DNA of 64,000 nucleotides from Octopus sinensis. Lineage: Eukaryota. Within the stretch, counting starts at the first letter, position 1. Each line of letters opens with the position of its first letter. The position numbers and the translations under genes are program-made. Below are positions 38,940 to 52,654 of the stretch, in pieces. The notes under the pieces are model-generated. The model had not been told where the DNA came from. It did no database searches and worked only from the letters and a program-made list of their open reading frames with translations. The DNA lies in contig NC_043019.1 in the NCBI RefSeq assembly GCF_006345805.1, positions 29,077,360-29,141,359 of the forward strand, read 5' to 3'.

Positions 38940-41900
38940 TTTAAGCTGTTAATTGGAACATAAACGAAAAGTTCTTTAAAAGCAGATTCTTCAAAGACCA
39001 ACCAAATTTATTCAGACTCTGTGCATGTGTAAAATTTTTCTTTCTAGCTATGGCTTTCAATTTAAATTATACTTAAAGACACATTGGAAAATGTGGTCCT
39101 AGATACTGTGTAAAGATAGAAAAAAAAAGGATAAGATACACATGGCAGGAAGGCTTTTGATCAAAGGCCTACTCAACAAAGGCTAGATGACAGCAATGTG
39201 TTTCACTATGAGCTAAAATGAAGAGCTTCAATACCATTACTTGATTCATAATAAATAGCAGCTAAATCTCTCTTAAATCACATCTTATCATTTTAAATAA
39301 AAAGGAACATGTAGAATAATGTAGTCTGACATATACCTTCAACCACAGGTTAGCTCAACTGTGCCAAACCTAGCGATAAACATAGCCCTTGGTATACAAT
39401 GCCTTGGGTCATAGGTCAGTTTAATTAAGCAAGGCTGACCAGGAGTAAAACAACAATAACAGCAACATTCACTTTTGATTATGTGCTTTGATTTCGTTCT
39501 TGTGCTTTTCCTCTCCAATGTATGATCTGTTCCTACTGTAGACAATGCTCCAGCATGGCCTTAGCTAGGATTACTAAAGCAAACTAAGAAACTAAAGACT
39601 GGAAGCACATACAAACACATAGGTAGATACACCCATATACAGCTATACACATGCAACCATGAACATAAATTAAAAACTGTCTCTTGTCTTTCCTTATGAC
39701 TATTACTTATGCCAAAATTTAATGTACTTTTGACACCCATTTTCTCATCCAGCATAAGTTACATATATTATTAAATATCACATCTCTCTATGCATATCGT
39801 TTTGTGCCAGTCTACAAAGCCAAAACATTCTTAAATCTAACCATTTTCTATCAGATCTTTCTTTACTGCAACTACTTTACTTTAATAACCTGTGACATTT
39901 CTTCACAATGTATGTATCAACGAGTTATCTATTTGCATTGTATGTTAAATCAGGAGTTTCTATGTAGTTACTTGACCAGTTAGAAATAGAGGCCAAATCT
40001 TTTGCAAATCACACACACTTCAAATAGAAACTGAGACTCCCTCAAAGCACACATACATGCTTAAAATAAAAGCCAAAATTTCCTTCAGGTCACCCACACT
40101 TAAAAACAGACCCAAAATCTTCCTCAAATCATTCTCTTAAAAAAAGAAATGACACATTACATAAATGAAAGAAAAGAGGAAATGGATGGACATGACCAAA
40201 ACACTTTTTATCATAGGCCTAGCTGGCCTGGAGCTAAAGAACAACACCAGCAACAACCTGTTACACTACAAATCAACAAGGAGCCTTGGATAACATCGGT
40301 GGCATGGAGAGGGAAGGCCGGTATGCATGGGCAACTGCTGGTCTTCCATAAACAACCTTGCCTGAACTTGTGTCTAGGTGGGTAACGTTCTAGGTGCAAT
40401 CCCATGGCCATTCATGATCGAAGAGGGTCTCCAATAGTTCCATACGAGTTTCTACAGCACCACCTGGTGCACCTGCATGTTCTTGATGTGTGTGTAGCAC
40501 AGTGTTCTTATTTCTGTGGAGGATGGAGGAGTATAGACTCCTCCTGTTAGTGTGTATTGCATCAATTTGTTTTATTATGTTGTTTAGTTTGTCTCTTGCA
40601 TTATGTTTGTCATTTGTTTGGCTTGAATATGTACAGCAAATTCTGACAAGAGAATCTGGTCATTAGCATAGAAAATTTCTCATGGGAATTTGGTCTTAAA
40701 TACTTATGAAGGAAAGAACTAGGCAGATCTTAGAATGGGCTATGATGATTTTACAAGCATTCTAAATATATCAATATCTTGGTATAAATTAAAATTTTAT
40801 GTATTTAATACATACACTCATTACTACTTATAGAAATGAGATTTTGTAGCAATCATTATCTTCTACAACATCAGAACAACAAGGGAGCTTCAATGTGGTT
40901 CCAAAATTTGTCTGCTAGAAATAGCAGTCAAAATACCCACCTCAACCATGCCATCTTTACCCTTTTGTTACTATATTTCTATCACAACATATCTCCTTTG
41001 TTTCAATTAATTTTGAAATTAATGAATAATAAAGCAAGCTAACTTAGTCGTTATTGTATTATACTGGGACATAAAGTAAGACAGAATTTTGATGGAAGAC
41101 TTTCATTCATATCTCTTTAAAGCAAGAAATTTTACAGCCAAGGTCAGTCTCAAGGAGGCTGGTATCAAAAGAATATTGATAATGTGGTCCTACATGCGTT
41201 GACTGAAAAAAGATGGGATGGTCACAACGAGAAAATCTTTAATCAAAGATCTTCTCAATAAAGACTGACCAATGGCTAAACAACCACCATGAAACCAAAA
41301 CTAATTGTCAGGCTTTATGAGTCACTCAGGGGTCTAGTAATAATTATTAAAACGTTTTATTACTCTGTCTGTGACAGTGTTATAGCGGATAGCTTTAGGA
41401 AGTTTTGTTTTGAAATTTGAAAAGATAATATTTATCATTTAGCAATGTCAATCAATATTAGTCTCAGAGAATTAGTAGCATCCTTGAATTAGCTGAAATG
41501 ATCTGCATCTTTAATAATCAGAATAGAATAAAAGTTTTTCAAACCTGGGAAGAAAAACTTAAGCAATGGACAGCCAGTTATAAAAACTGGCCAAGAACAA
41601 GATGTCAGCATATTTAAAGAGATATTTGCCTCTTGGTTAATTAATTATGAAAACTAATGATACCATGAGCTATTGCAGTTAATTGAAAGTTCTTCATTGT
41701 AGAAATTTCTTAATTCTAAATGCAAAAGTAAAGCTGAAGAGATTTAATAAAATCCAAAATTACGGAACTACTTCAATATAGATCTAAACGATGTAGGCAA
41801 CCATAAGCAATCTGTTCTGATAGTTGTTTAGGACGTGGTACAGCCCCTGATTCAGCAGACATATAAGTAAACATTTTCCAATTGTGATCATCTTGCTTTT

Positions 41901-42019
41901 TATACAGACTTATCTAAGTTCTTATCCAATGTGTTTTTCCCTTTTCTTTAAGGAGGGAGAAAGCTGCAGCCGTTATTATTGACATGGACAAGAAAATAAA
42001 AATAAATAAAATTAACTCT

Positions 42020-42315
42020 TTTTAATTTCTTTGACTACGTGTGCAGCATTGAATGCCAGCAAGTAATCCTTATCTGCCCCTATCTTTGGCAATGAACTGT
42101 AGTTGTCCTTCAGTGCAATCACTTGCCAGTACTTCAGTTTCTGTGGACCTTCTCCATGTTGTTTATGGTCTGTCATGCTTGTACTTCCCTTGGGGTATCC
42201 ATAGAGTATGTCCTGTCCCAACCAACCTCATTTCCTCCTTATGATCTGGGTTCCAATAGGTTGCTGTTAACTTGTCCTCAAAAAGGCTTTGCTTATGAGT
42301 TTATCTTGCCAGCGC
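42020..42315 (-). mobile_element. Decayed RTE LINE 3' end
   Basis: Remnant RWQDKL...QQPIGTQIIRRK*GWLG...AKDR, homologous to the RTE at 60181-60790. Confidence 0.6.
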
Positions 42316-42556
42316 CACTGAGGAGCAGACATGGTTGGAAATGAAAGTGGTATGGAAGGTTGTTTGAAGAAATTTTGGGTAAGAGAACCAAACAAAGATT
42401 GGCTTTTGACAGAGAATCTACAGTCTGTAGCCCTCTGTGAAAAGAAAGCTGTACTTAACAATGGCATAACCCACAACCAAGGCAAGCAAAGCAGAGAAAG
42501 GGGGAGAGTACATGAAAGTCAACCAGGTTAAGAGATGGAATGCAAAGGGAAACAAG

Positions 42557-42673
42557 TGGAACTATTTAGAGGGGTTTGCCCAAGTAGTGAAAGAAGTGAT
42601 TAAAGACAGAGATGGAACTATTTAGAGGGGTTTGCCCAAGTAGTGAAAGAAGTGATTAAAGACAGAGATGGAA
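42557..42673 (+). repeat. Perfect 56-bp tandem duplication
   Basis: TGGAACTATTTAGAGGGGTTTGCCCAAGTAGTGAAAGAAGTGATTAAAGACAGAGA x2. Confidence 0.95.
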
Positions 42674-42749
42674 AGACAGTCTTACAAATGAAGTCCCTTA
42701 AGATAATTATTCTGAATAATGATGATGATGACAGTAGCAACGTTGAGGG

Positions 42750-43125
42750 GAAGCAAGGAACATGGAAGTTCGGAACTTCTAGTCTGTGTAGCATTAAAAC
42801 AAGAATTTAGAACAAACTGTGTGAAAATAATATGTTGAAAACAATGTTGAATTGTCCTGATGTTTGTGATGAAAAACATAAAACCAATAGCCATAGGTGA
42901 ATGTGGCAAACTTGCACAAAGAGAATACTTGCATGCTTTGTTCACCAGAAGAATGAAAAAAAAAGTTGAAATTGTGCCAATGATAGTGGTGGTGGGTACT
43001 CTTGGTATTATCACAAAAGAAATGAAATCATGGTGTGGAGAAGACTAAGATTGATATTCAAAACACAACTATTATCGGCAACAGTATTCTTAGGAATTGC
43101 AAAAATCCCAAGGAAAGTATTCAAA
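42750..43125 (+). mobile_element. R4/Dong-like (restriction-like endonuclease) LINE C-terminal remnant
   Basis: Frameshifted ELLVCVALKQEFRTN...ECGKLAQREY (zinc-knuckle region) and KVEIVP..VVGTLGII...LG.AKIPRKV. Confidence 0.65.
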
Positions 43126-43704
43126 AAATTGAGTTGACAAAAAATTCCAAAGGACTCATGTTCATTTGTGAAGATTTTCTCATGGGGTGTAAAAATGACT
43201 CAAGGTCTGACAGAGTTCGTGTTAACATATTTCATGCAGGGAACATTATACAGTTAATTAGAAATAATTACGAGTTAAAGAAAAACCAATATTTATAAGC
43301 CAATGACTCATAGTATCTAGAATTATTTCAGCAAGGAACTCATCTGTGAAACAGACTTCACAAGACTTGTTGAAGCTGTGACCAGAATGACTAAGCAACA
43401 TGTACATACAATGTTTGACGGTTGGCATAGTTAACTAGAATTGTTTACAGAATAAATAACTGAAAGATGCCATTTGCATGAGTAATATTAGTCCAGTTAT
43501 TGAACACATTAATGTACAAGCATTTATACAGAACTCAAAACAGTTATACATATGTATATATATTTATAAAATTAGCTATGACTGGTGCCTTCTGGTGAAA
43601 CTCAGTAAAAAAATTATAAAATCTATATCAAATTTGACTCTACTATTAGCACTGGGTCCTACTGTTATGATGTGTTTTGTTGTTAGTCTTTAAAATCTCT
43701 TTAA

Positions 43705-43907
43705 CCCTGTAGCATTTAAGCTGACCATATCCAGCCCAAATATTCTACTTGTTTTACATTCAAAAAGGTAAAATCCAGCCTGTCACACCTACCCTACAAT
43801 TATAATATCATTCTAAATCTCAAAGCTACGAGATTTTGCACAATTAATTCAAAACAATGTGAATAAACAAACATTACATTTGACAGAGTAATCTGAATGT
43901 TTAAGGG
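43705..43907. mobile_element. Family F TTAA MITE
   Basis: TTAA-CCC...GGG-TTAA intact. Confidence 0.85.
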
Positions 43908-43964
43908 TTAAAATAACAACCTTAAAATTTACATTTAAGTTTATTTGTATGTATATATATATTT

Positions 43965-44222
43965 GTGAAGGCGTGTGGCTTAGTGTTTCAGGTGTCAGCA
44001 TAATGATTGTAAGATTGTGGTTTCGATTCCTGGACTGGGTGACGCGTTGTGTTCTTGAGCAAAACACTTCATTTCATGTTGCTCCAGTCCACTCAGCTGG
44101 CAAAAATGAATAACGCTGTGATGGACTGGCGTCCCATCCAGCTGGGGAACACATACGCCATAAAAACCGTGAAACCAAGCCCATGAGCCTGACTAGGCTT
44201 TAAAAGGGCGCATTTATTATTT
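43965..44222 (+). mobile_element. Family C SINE, full length
   Basis: Matches 27227-27489 and 63563-63825. Confidence 0.9.
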
Positions 44223-44544
44223 TTAATATATATTTATTATACACACATTTATTATACACATGTATACATATATTACAAATATATACACATGTATATATTT
44301 GTAATACTTGCTAAGTGTGGAGGACAGAGCAGTGCTCCTGATCTTTGCAGACTTTCTGAGACCAGTTTGTTTCAACTGTTATGAAACCAATACATGCAAG
44401 AAAGACATGAGCAAGGAGAAGATTTCAGAGGGATAACATTCTGCAGAGGAAGGATTGAAGAGTTAGCACAGGGTCAAACATGTCTGTGTAGAGATTCATG
44501 AAAATATACGTGTTTACATAACAAGAGTCAACACTTAGAAATTT

Positions 44545-45105
44545 GTCAGGCATGACAGAGTGGTAAGAAGTTTGCTTCCCAACCACATGGTTTTGGGCTC
44601 AGTCCCACTGTGTGGCACCTTGAGCCAGTATCTTCTACTATAGCATTGGGCCAACCAAAGCCTTGTAAATGGTAGATGGAAATTTACAGAAAAACAAAAG
44701 ACTAAGACAGGTGATTAAACAACAAGCAGGTGTATTTGTTTGATGCTCAGGAAGGTGAGAAAGTCTTTTGTTTCAGGCCTATGCTCTTCAACAGAAAGGA
44801 ATACAAGGAAATAAACAGAGAGAATAAAAAAAATCTGTGGATTTAGCGGTCAATCATGGAGACTGTATGTGTGTGTGTGTATATGCATGTGTGTGTCTCT
44901 TTGTGTCTGTCCCGTACCACCACTTGACAATCAGTGTTGGTTTGTTTGCATTTCTGTAACCTAGGAATTCAATAAAAGTGACCAATAGAATAAGTCCCAG
45001 GCTTAAAAAAAGGTACTGGAGTCAATGTGTTTGACTAAAAACTCTTGAAGGCGGTGCTCCACCATGGCCACAGTCTAATAACTGAAACAAGTAAAAAAGA
45101 TGAAA
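44545..45105 (+). mobile_element. Family A SINE with a Penelope-like insert at ~44680-44862
   Basis: A head and tail flank a reverse copy of the 24650-24830 repeat. Confidence 0.75.
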
Positions 45106-45381
45106 GGTGCATCTACACACAAACATGAGCCCCTCCCCACCACAGATTATTGAATCTTTTAATTAATTCCAATAACCTAAAATTTCTTAATATTTAGACA
45201 ATTATTTCTTCTCTTCCTTCACTCACTTGTAATGATAGTTTTTAATGCTATGCTCAGCTATGCTTGGTCTAAAACTTGTCAACAGGAGTAGCTTTAATGA
45301 AACTAATTACTGTTTTGAATCTAAGAAACTACATTCTATGTATGGACTAAAAAAACAACAAAAAAACAAACAAATAAATAC

Positions 45382-45978
45382 ATAGGTGCAGGTGTTGTTG
45401 AGAAGCTTGTTTCCCAACCATGTAGTCTCGGGTTCAGTCCCACTGTGCGGCACCTTGGGCAAGTCTCTTCTACTATAGCCCTAGGACAACCAAAGACTTG
45501 TTAGTGGATTTGGTAATTGAAAGAAGCTCATCATATGTGTGTGTGTATGTGTGAAACCACTGCTTGACAGCCAGTGTTGGTTTGTTTACATCCTCATAAC
45601 TTAAAGGACTGGCATCAGAGACCAATAAAATAAGTACTGTAGGGTGGGTTGGGAGGTACATTTGTTATTCTAAAACCCTTCAAGGTGATGGCCCAGCATG
45701 GTCACAGTCCAATGACCGAAACAAATAAAAGATAAAATAAATAAATAAATCCATAAAGTTTTCAAAGAAAGTTGATCATGTATTAATTACTACATCTATG
45801 TAAACTGTTAAAATGCTGGTGTGTTTACGTCCCTGTAACTTAGCAGTTCAGCAAAAGAGACCGATAGAATAAGTACTAGGCTTACAAAGAATAAGTCCCA
45901 GGGTCGATTTGCTCAACTAAAGGCGGTGCTCCAGCATGGCCACAGTCAAATGACTGAAACAAGTAAAAGAATAAAAGA
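45382..45978 (+). mobile_element. Family A SINE plus an adjacent A 3' half
   Basis: Two A tails ending in GAAACAA(A/G)TAAAAGA. Confidence 0.8.
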
Positions 45979-46410
45979 GTTCTTAGGATATTTTGTTTTT
46001 AATGGTTAAATCAGAAATAGATGGGGCAGTGCCCAAGATCCTTTGCAAACATTCCGAGACTGGTGAATGGAAAACAAGAAGCTAACCTTAGAACAGAAAA
46101 CTGATGTCCAAACAATTATGCCCAATTGTTGTTCTGTTATCCTTCTGGAATTTCTTTCCATGTGTTTTTCTTTTAGAAACACTGACTTAAGTACAAACAT
46201 CAGTCACATCAGTTCTAGAGGACTCAGCCAGTCTGCAAAGGTGAAGGGCATACTTCCAACATCATAAAAGAAAACTGGAGGCAACCAGCTATACAGAATC
46301 TCCTTTCAAAGTTTACTTCAAGGTTGATTAATAGAATCATTTGTGTGTGTGTGCCCAACATGGTCAAAGTCCAATGACTGAAATAAGTCTAAGAATAAAG
46401 AAATATGTCG

Positions 46411-46674
46411 GAAGAAGAAGAAGAAGAAGAAGAAGAAGAAAAGAAGAAGAAGAAGAGAAGAAGAGAAGAAGAAGAAGAAGAAGAAGAAGAAGAAGAAAAG
46501 AAGAAGAAGAAGAAGAGAAGAAAGAAGAAGAAGAAGAAGAAGAGAAGAAGAAGAAGAAGAAGAAGAAGAAGAAGAAGAAGAGAAGAAGAAGAAGAAGAAG
46601 AAGAAGAAGAAGAAGAAGAAGAAGAAGAAGAAGAAGAAGAAGAAGAAGAAGAAGAAGAAGAAGAAGAAGAAGAA
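46411..46674 (+). repeat. (GAA)n all-purine tract, ~264 bp
   Basis: Directly visible; a few A/G slippage interruptions. Confidence 0.98.
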
Positions 46675-47232
46675 ATATTGGATAGCATAGTCTGAGAGAA
46701 GCTGATTTTTTTTTTAGAGAGGAGAGAGAGTCATTGTTGGAATGCTTATGATCATGGGTCTGCTACTTCAAGGCCAATCTGAAACTAAGCAATATTAACA
46801 ACTACATTTAGTCATCAATGAAGAAATATGTTTGAAACCTGTGGGGGTCTGAAGTAATTTCTTCAAACAATTAGAATTACCCTCAAGAACTTCTCAAATT
46901 CTTCAAACTGCTTATCTCACTTCCTGTCCCCCACTCCTTAGACCATTGCAGAATCACTGATATTCACGATTCATTAATTTACTGACACACACAGTTCTAG
47001 TGAAATTCCAAGATTAACAGAATACTGTGAAAACAATTTCAACCAAAGTGAAACTTTTATCTCTTCAACCAATATATATATATATATATAATATATGTGA
47101 GCTAAAATAATTAAATTCTGTCTTCGATTTAGTAACTTGCAATTAACAAATCAGTTGGAAAACAACATTCACAAGGTCAATGGGAGGAGCAGAGAAATTG
47201 CCATGTTTGATATAAATTAAAATGGTTTTTAA

Positions 47233-47453
47233 CCCTTTAGTACTTAAACTGGCTATATCTGAGCCAAATATTCTATATGTTTTAAGTTCAAACCAGCCAG
47301 ACCTGGCTTCTCACACCTACTTTACAATATCATTCTAAAAGTTAACAATCACATCATTTGAAATCTAAAAAGCTACAAGATAATACATGCTTAATTAAAA
47401 ACAATGTGAATAAATAAGCAGAACACTGGATAGAGTAATCTGAATGCTAAAGG
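47233..47453. mobile_element. Family F TTAA MITE
   Basis: TTAA-CCCTTTAG...CTAAAGG-TTAA. Confidence 0.85.
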
Positions 47454-47477
47454 TTAAATTTTAGAAACTTGTTCAAA

Positions 47478-47878
47478 GGTGCAGGAGTGGCTGTGTGGCA
47501 AGTAGCTTGCTTACCAACCACACGGTTCTGGGTTCAGACCCACTGTGTGACACTTTGGGCAAGTGTCTTCTACTACAACCTTGGGCCGACCAAAGCCTTG
47601 TGAGTGGATCTGGTAGACGGAAACTGAAAGAAGCCCGTCGTATATATGTGTATGTATATATATATATATATATATATGTGTTTGTGTTTATCACCCCCCA
47701 ACATCGCTTGACAACTGATGCTGGTGTGTTCACGTCCCTGTAACTTAGCGGTTCGGCAAAAGAGGCCAATAGAGTAAGTACTAGGCTTACAAAGAATAAG
47801 TCCTGCGGTCGATTTCCTTGACTAAAGGTGGTGCTCCAGCATGGCCACAGTTAAATGACTGAAACAAGTAAAAGAGTA
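47478..47878 (+). mobile_element. Family A SINE, full length
   Basis: High similarity to the other young A copies. Confidence 0.9.
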
Positions 47879-48675
47879 ACACTTTGGCAAAGAAAGAAAA
47901 GTTATACAGAGGCAAAATAATTTCCCTGATATGTGTGTGAGAGAGAGGAATACACGCATTTTACAGGTACTCAGTGAAGTGTTTGGCATTAGGAAGAACG
48001 TCTAGCTGTAAGAACCATACAAAAGTAGATACTGGATTTTTGTGCAGCCCTCTGGCTCACTGGTTCCTGTCAAATCGTCCAACCTATGCCAACATGGAAA
48101 ACGCATGCTAAGCGGTTATGACATGTACCACTGGCTTCTTTCTGTACCATTCCTGTGTACCAAATCTCACTACAAAGGTATTCATCCTCCAAACACTATA
48201 ACAGAAGGCACAAGCCCAAGGTGTTATGAAATGAAGAGCTGGGGAATCAAGTGGTTGCATAGGAAATTTCTTAACCACAAAGCTGTGCCTGCAGATATAA
48301 CTGCAGTAAATATTCATATATATATATATATAGATAACTTTTAACATTTTTAAAAATATCATATAAGGCTAAATTCATTTCTAGCATTTACCATGTTTTG
48401 ATAATGGAGTCTTTTCACGCTGTAAAATAATAGCCAGCAATTTCATAAATCATTTTTTTCCTTTTTTTTTGTGGCATAAATTGAAATATGAAGAATTACA
48501 AGAAAATAAGAAAATATGGAATTTTTATGGATTCATTCTTCTGTAGACAAATTACATTCCCATTTCAAATCTATATTGCTACACTTAAATTATCACTAAC
48601 ATCATTATGTGTATGTATGAATAGAAAAATAAGTATGAATGAAGACATGTATATACATGTGTATGTGTGTATATG

Positions 48676-48726
<51 letters not shown>

Positions 48727-48856
48727 TACATGTATGTTTGTATATATATATCTTGTATGTATGTATATATATATATATATGTCTTACATGTATGTTTGTA
48801 TATATATATATCTTATATGTATGTATATAAATATATATATGTATGTGTATGTATGT

Positions 48857-48887
<31 letters not shown>

Positions 48888-50065
48888 ACCATATATGTGT
48901 ATTATACATATATTAGATATAGATATACTCCCAACAAAAATATCTGTGTCCATGCACACGCACGCACACACACACACTCACTTCACAAAATGTGTGTGTG
49001 TGTGTCTGTGGGTGTGTGCTTGTGTGCATATGTAGAAATATAGAGATATAATGAAGTAACTTGTAACTCTGAGCAAACTTGCTATATGTATAAATCTCCA
49101 ATATTCAAGTAAGGAGAAGAGAGGTGTATATAGCAAGACAAAAATGTTTATAGAGAAAAGATTCCAAGGTTTTTTCTATTTGTTCTAGTTTTTTTTCTTT
49201 TTCTTTTCTTAACATGACAAAAAAAAAGTACAGGTAAAATATGTCTGTACTATGTCCTCTGTTTTATTTCATGAACAAACATGAGTATTTCTATACACAC
49301 ACAGTATACTGATAACAATAGCCACAGCTTACAACAAAAGTGGCTGTGGGGATTGGTGGCGGTGGTGGTGGTAGTAGTGGTGGCAGGGATTGGTGGCAGG
49401 TCGTGGTGGTGGGGGTGGTAGTGGTAGTTTTCGTTTTTAATAATAATAATAATAATAATAACAATGATAATAAGGAATTTGAATTTCTGGGGCCCAGCAA
49501 ACAGGTAGAGAGAGCTGTTCTGTCAATTGTAATTCAATAGGAAAGTATTTTGACAGTTGAACAGAAGATTGTATTTAGAGCACATTTCAGTAGTAGAAAA
49601 AAAGAAAAGAAAAGAAGGAAATGAGGGGAGGGAGAGGAGAATGTAAGGGAGAAATGGGGTGGTGGTGGGGTAGACCACAAAGAAAAAAATAAACTAGTTG
49701 AGAGAGAGAGAGAGAGAGAGAGACAAGAAGGGGCAGAGGGAGAAAATGATTTTAATGAGAGAAAAGGGTGCCATGCAAGTAAAAATGTTTGAAAGCTTCC
49801 TAAGGAGGTGGAAATGAGGAAATGAAAAGCAGTGAATTGCTAAAATGTTAATTATGGCAATTAATATTTGATCTTTGAAAGTGGAATTATATCAACTTGC
49901 ATTTTTTTTTTTGTTTGTAATTTGCATTTTGAGATAATATTTCTTTGGTTTTTGTTTTGTCATCATTTCATATTCTGTTAATAAATTGATAAATTTAAAT
50001 ATGGAAAATATAACATTTTGCTTACAATTAACATCCATATCCCACTCTCTTTCTTTCTTTCTCTC

Positions 50066-50105
<40 letters not shown>

Positions 50106-50242
50106 GCCAGACGCACACACCAAGCAGGCTTTTAAAAGTTCCATGTTGAAGATATAAAAATGTAGTTATAATTTCTATTTCATGACATTCGGAGACAACA
50201 CATTTAAACAAGTTAAAAAGGTTTTAGAAAAATATTAGAATA

Positions 50243-50645
50243 TAGGCTCAGATATAGTTGTGTGGTAAGAAGTTTACTTCCAAACCACATGGTTCCAGGT
50301 TCAGTCCCACTGTGTGGCACCTTGGGCAAGTGTCTTCTACTATAGCCCTGGGATGACTGAAGCCTTGTAAGTGGATTTGGTAAACAGAAAATGAATGAAG
50401 CCTGTTGTGTATATGCGTATGTGTCATTGTGTCTGCGTTTGTCCACTACCACTGCTTCACAACCAGTGTTGGTGTGTTTATATCCCTGTAACTTAGCAGT
50501 TCAGCAAACGAGACCAACAGACAAGTACTGGGCTTAAAAAAAGGAAACGTACTGGGGTCGATTCAGTTGACTAAAAAATTCTTCAAGGCAGTGCCCCAGC
50601 ATGGTCACAGCCACAGTCTAATGATTGAAACAAGTAAAAGATAAA
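50243..50645 (+). mobile_element. Family A SINE
   Basis: Head, core and tail motifs present. Confidence 0.85.
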
Positions 50646-51405
50646 GCAGAGAAGTTTTATGGTAATTTAACCTTTAATAATCCTTAACAAATGCTGTATA
50701 TATAGGTGCAGTGTGAGGGGCACACTGAGCTGTTGTTCAGAATCCTCATACATCTAGTGGTCCAGTTCTGATCTATGTATATTGTGGCTTGCTGTCAATT
50801 TATAAATATTCTAGGGTCCAGTGCATTGATTTGCCCTAGGACCTATAATGCTATTAAGATGCCTCTGTAAGAGTATACTCTAGCACTGGCTTGGGAAGCA
50901 CTTCCCCCACACACATACACACCACAATATTTTTTTTCAGGGTGACAATGAAAATGCCTTTAACATCCATCTCCATGAAAAAATATCACTGTCAAAATGA
51001 ACAAGTGCAGAAACATTTTTGCATTCATTCAATTTTTAAAATAATCTATTTTGAAAATGAGCGATTTGACTGCTATTTCCAGCAATTTAAACAACCAAGT
51101 AGAGACTCCTCTTGACATATGGACTGACTTTTTTTAACGATGAAAAGAGAGATAGATTACAAGGATGCACTTGAAGATAAAGTGTTTTGATCTGAGATCA
51201 ATGCTAAAACTAAAGCGATTGTAGTGTGGAAGATGTAAGTTAGCCATTCAGAAACACACTAAGACCATCAACTTCACTTAATTATTTATTTGTAATTTAC
51301 AGCATCAAAAGTTTTGTTACTTGAAACTGCAACCTATTTGAACCAGCAAACCTATGATCAAGGCCTTACCCCACAATGACCATCCTGCATTTTTTCTTTG
51401 CATAT

Positions 51406-51438
<33 letters not shown>

Positions 51439-51443
51439 CACAC

Positions 51444-51668
51444 AGAGGGCAAGCTGGCAGAAACGTTAGCACGCTGGGCGAAATGCATAGCCGTATTTCG
51501 TCTGCCGTTACATTCTGAGGTCAAATTCTGCTGAGGTCAACTTTGCCTTTCAGGGTCGATAAATTAAGTACCAGTTATGCACTGGGGCCGATGTAATCGA
51601 CTTAATCCGTTTGTCTGTCCTTGTTTGTCCCCTTTGTGTTTGGCCCCTTGTGGGTAGTAAAGAAATAT
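51444..51668 (+). mobile_element. Family B SINE
   Basis: GCTGGCAGAAACGTTAGCACG...GTGGGTAGTAAAGAAATA. Confidence 0.85.
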
Positions 51669-51844
51669 ACACACACACACACATATATACATACAGTTTA
51701 GTTTCGCGGTTTTAAGATACCCAAACAGGCTTCAGTGGAGATACATGATATATTCTATAAATATACCTGTTCAAGTATCATGAAAGCATGAAACTATTAG
51801 TAGCTCTTTTGGTTGTGCATTAAATTGAAATATATATATATATG

Positions 51845-52227
51845 GGTGGTTGTGTGGTAAGTAGCTTGCTTACCAGCCACATGGTTCCAGGTTCAGTCCC
51901 ACTACGTGGCACCTTGGGCAAGTGTCTTCTACTATAGCCTTGGGCCAACTAAAGCCATGTGAGTGGATTTGGTAGATGGAAATTGAAAGAAGCCCATCGT
52001 ATATATGTATATATGTGTGTGTGTGTTTGTGTGTCCGTGTTTGCCCCCCCACCCCAATATCCTTTGACAACTGATGCTGGTGTATTTACGTTCCCATAAC
52101 TTAGCAGTTTGGCAAAAGAGACCAATAGAATAATAGGCTTACAAAGAATAAGCCCTGGGGTCGATTTTCTTGACTAAAGGCAGTGCTCCAGCATGGCTAC
52201 AGTCAAATGACTGAAACAAGTAAAAGA

Positions 52228-52228
<1 letters not shown>
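51845..52228 (+). mobile_element. Family A SINE
   Basis: Head, core and tail motifs present. Confidence 0.88.
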
Positions 52229-52258
<30 letters not shown>

Positions 52259-52263
<5 letters not shown>

Positions 52264-52654
52264 GAACCTGACAGTACGAGTACACCATTGTACGAGTAAT
52301 TTGCTGTACAAGCCAAGACTCGTGCGAATTTTTGTCTGGAAGTATGAGCGGAAATTCACAGCACGAGCACAAAACACATCCCATCTTTACGGTAATTCAG
52401 TTAATAAAACCAGTTTACATATTTCTTTTGCATTCTCTTTTATTTTTTATGATTGTCATTCTACTTGTAACTACACCTTTTTCTGTTTGAAAACCCATAA
52501 AAAAAATATTATTTTCGAGTAGTTTTTGGAGGCTGGAATGGATTAATTATATTTTAGTTTAACTTCAATAGGGAAAATTGATTTGTAAAACAAGTAAATT
52601 GTAAGATGAAATCGGTCATGGAGCAAATTAAACTCTCACTGTGAAGTATCATTG
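52259..52654. mobile_element. Tigger/pogo-like non-autonomous DNA transposon
   Basis: TA-flanked; ends (T)AGTAGAACC... and ...GTATCATTG; subterminal TACGAG repeats. Confidence 0.55.

Noticed and set aside
46341-46695. Poly-R/E/K/S ORFs
   Set aside because: Frames of the (GAA)n repeat
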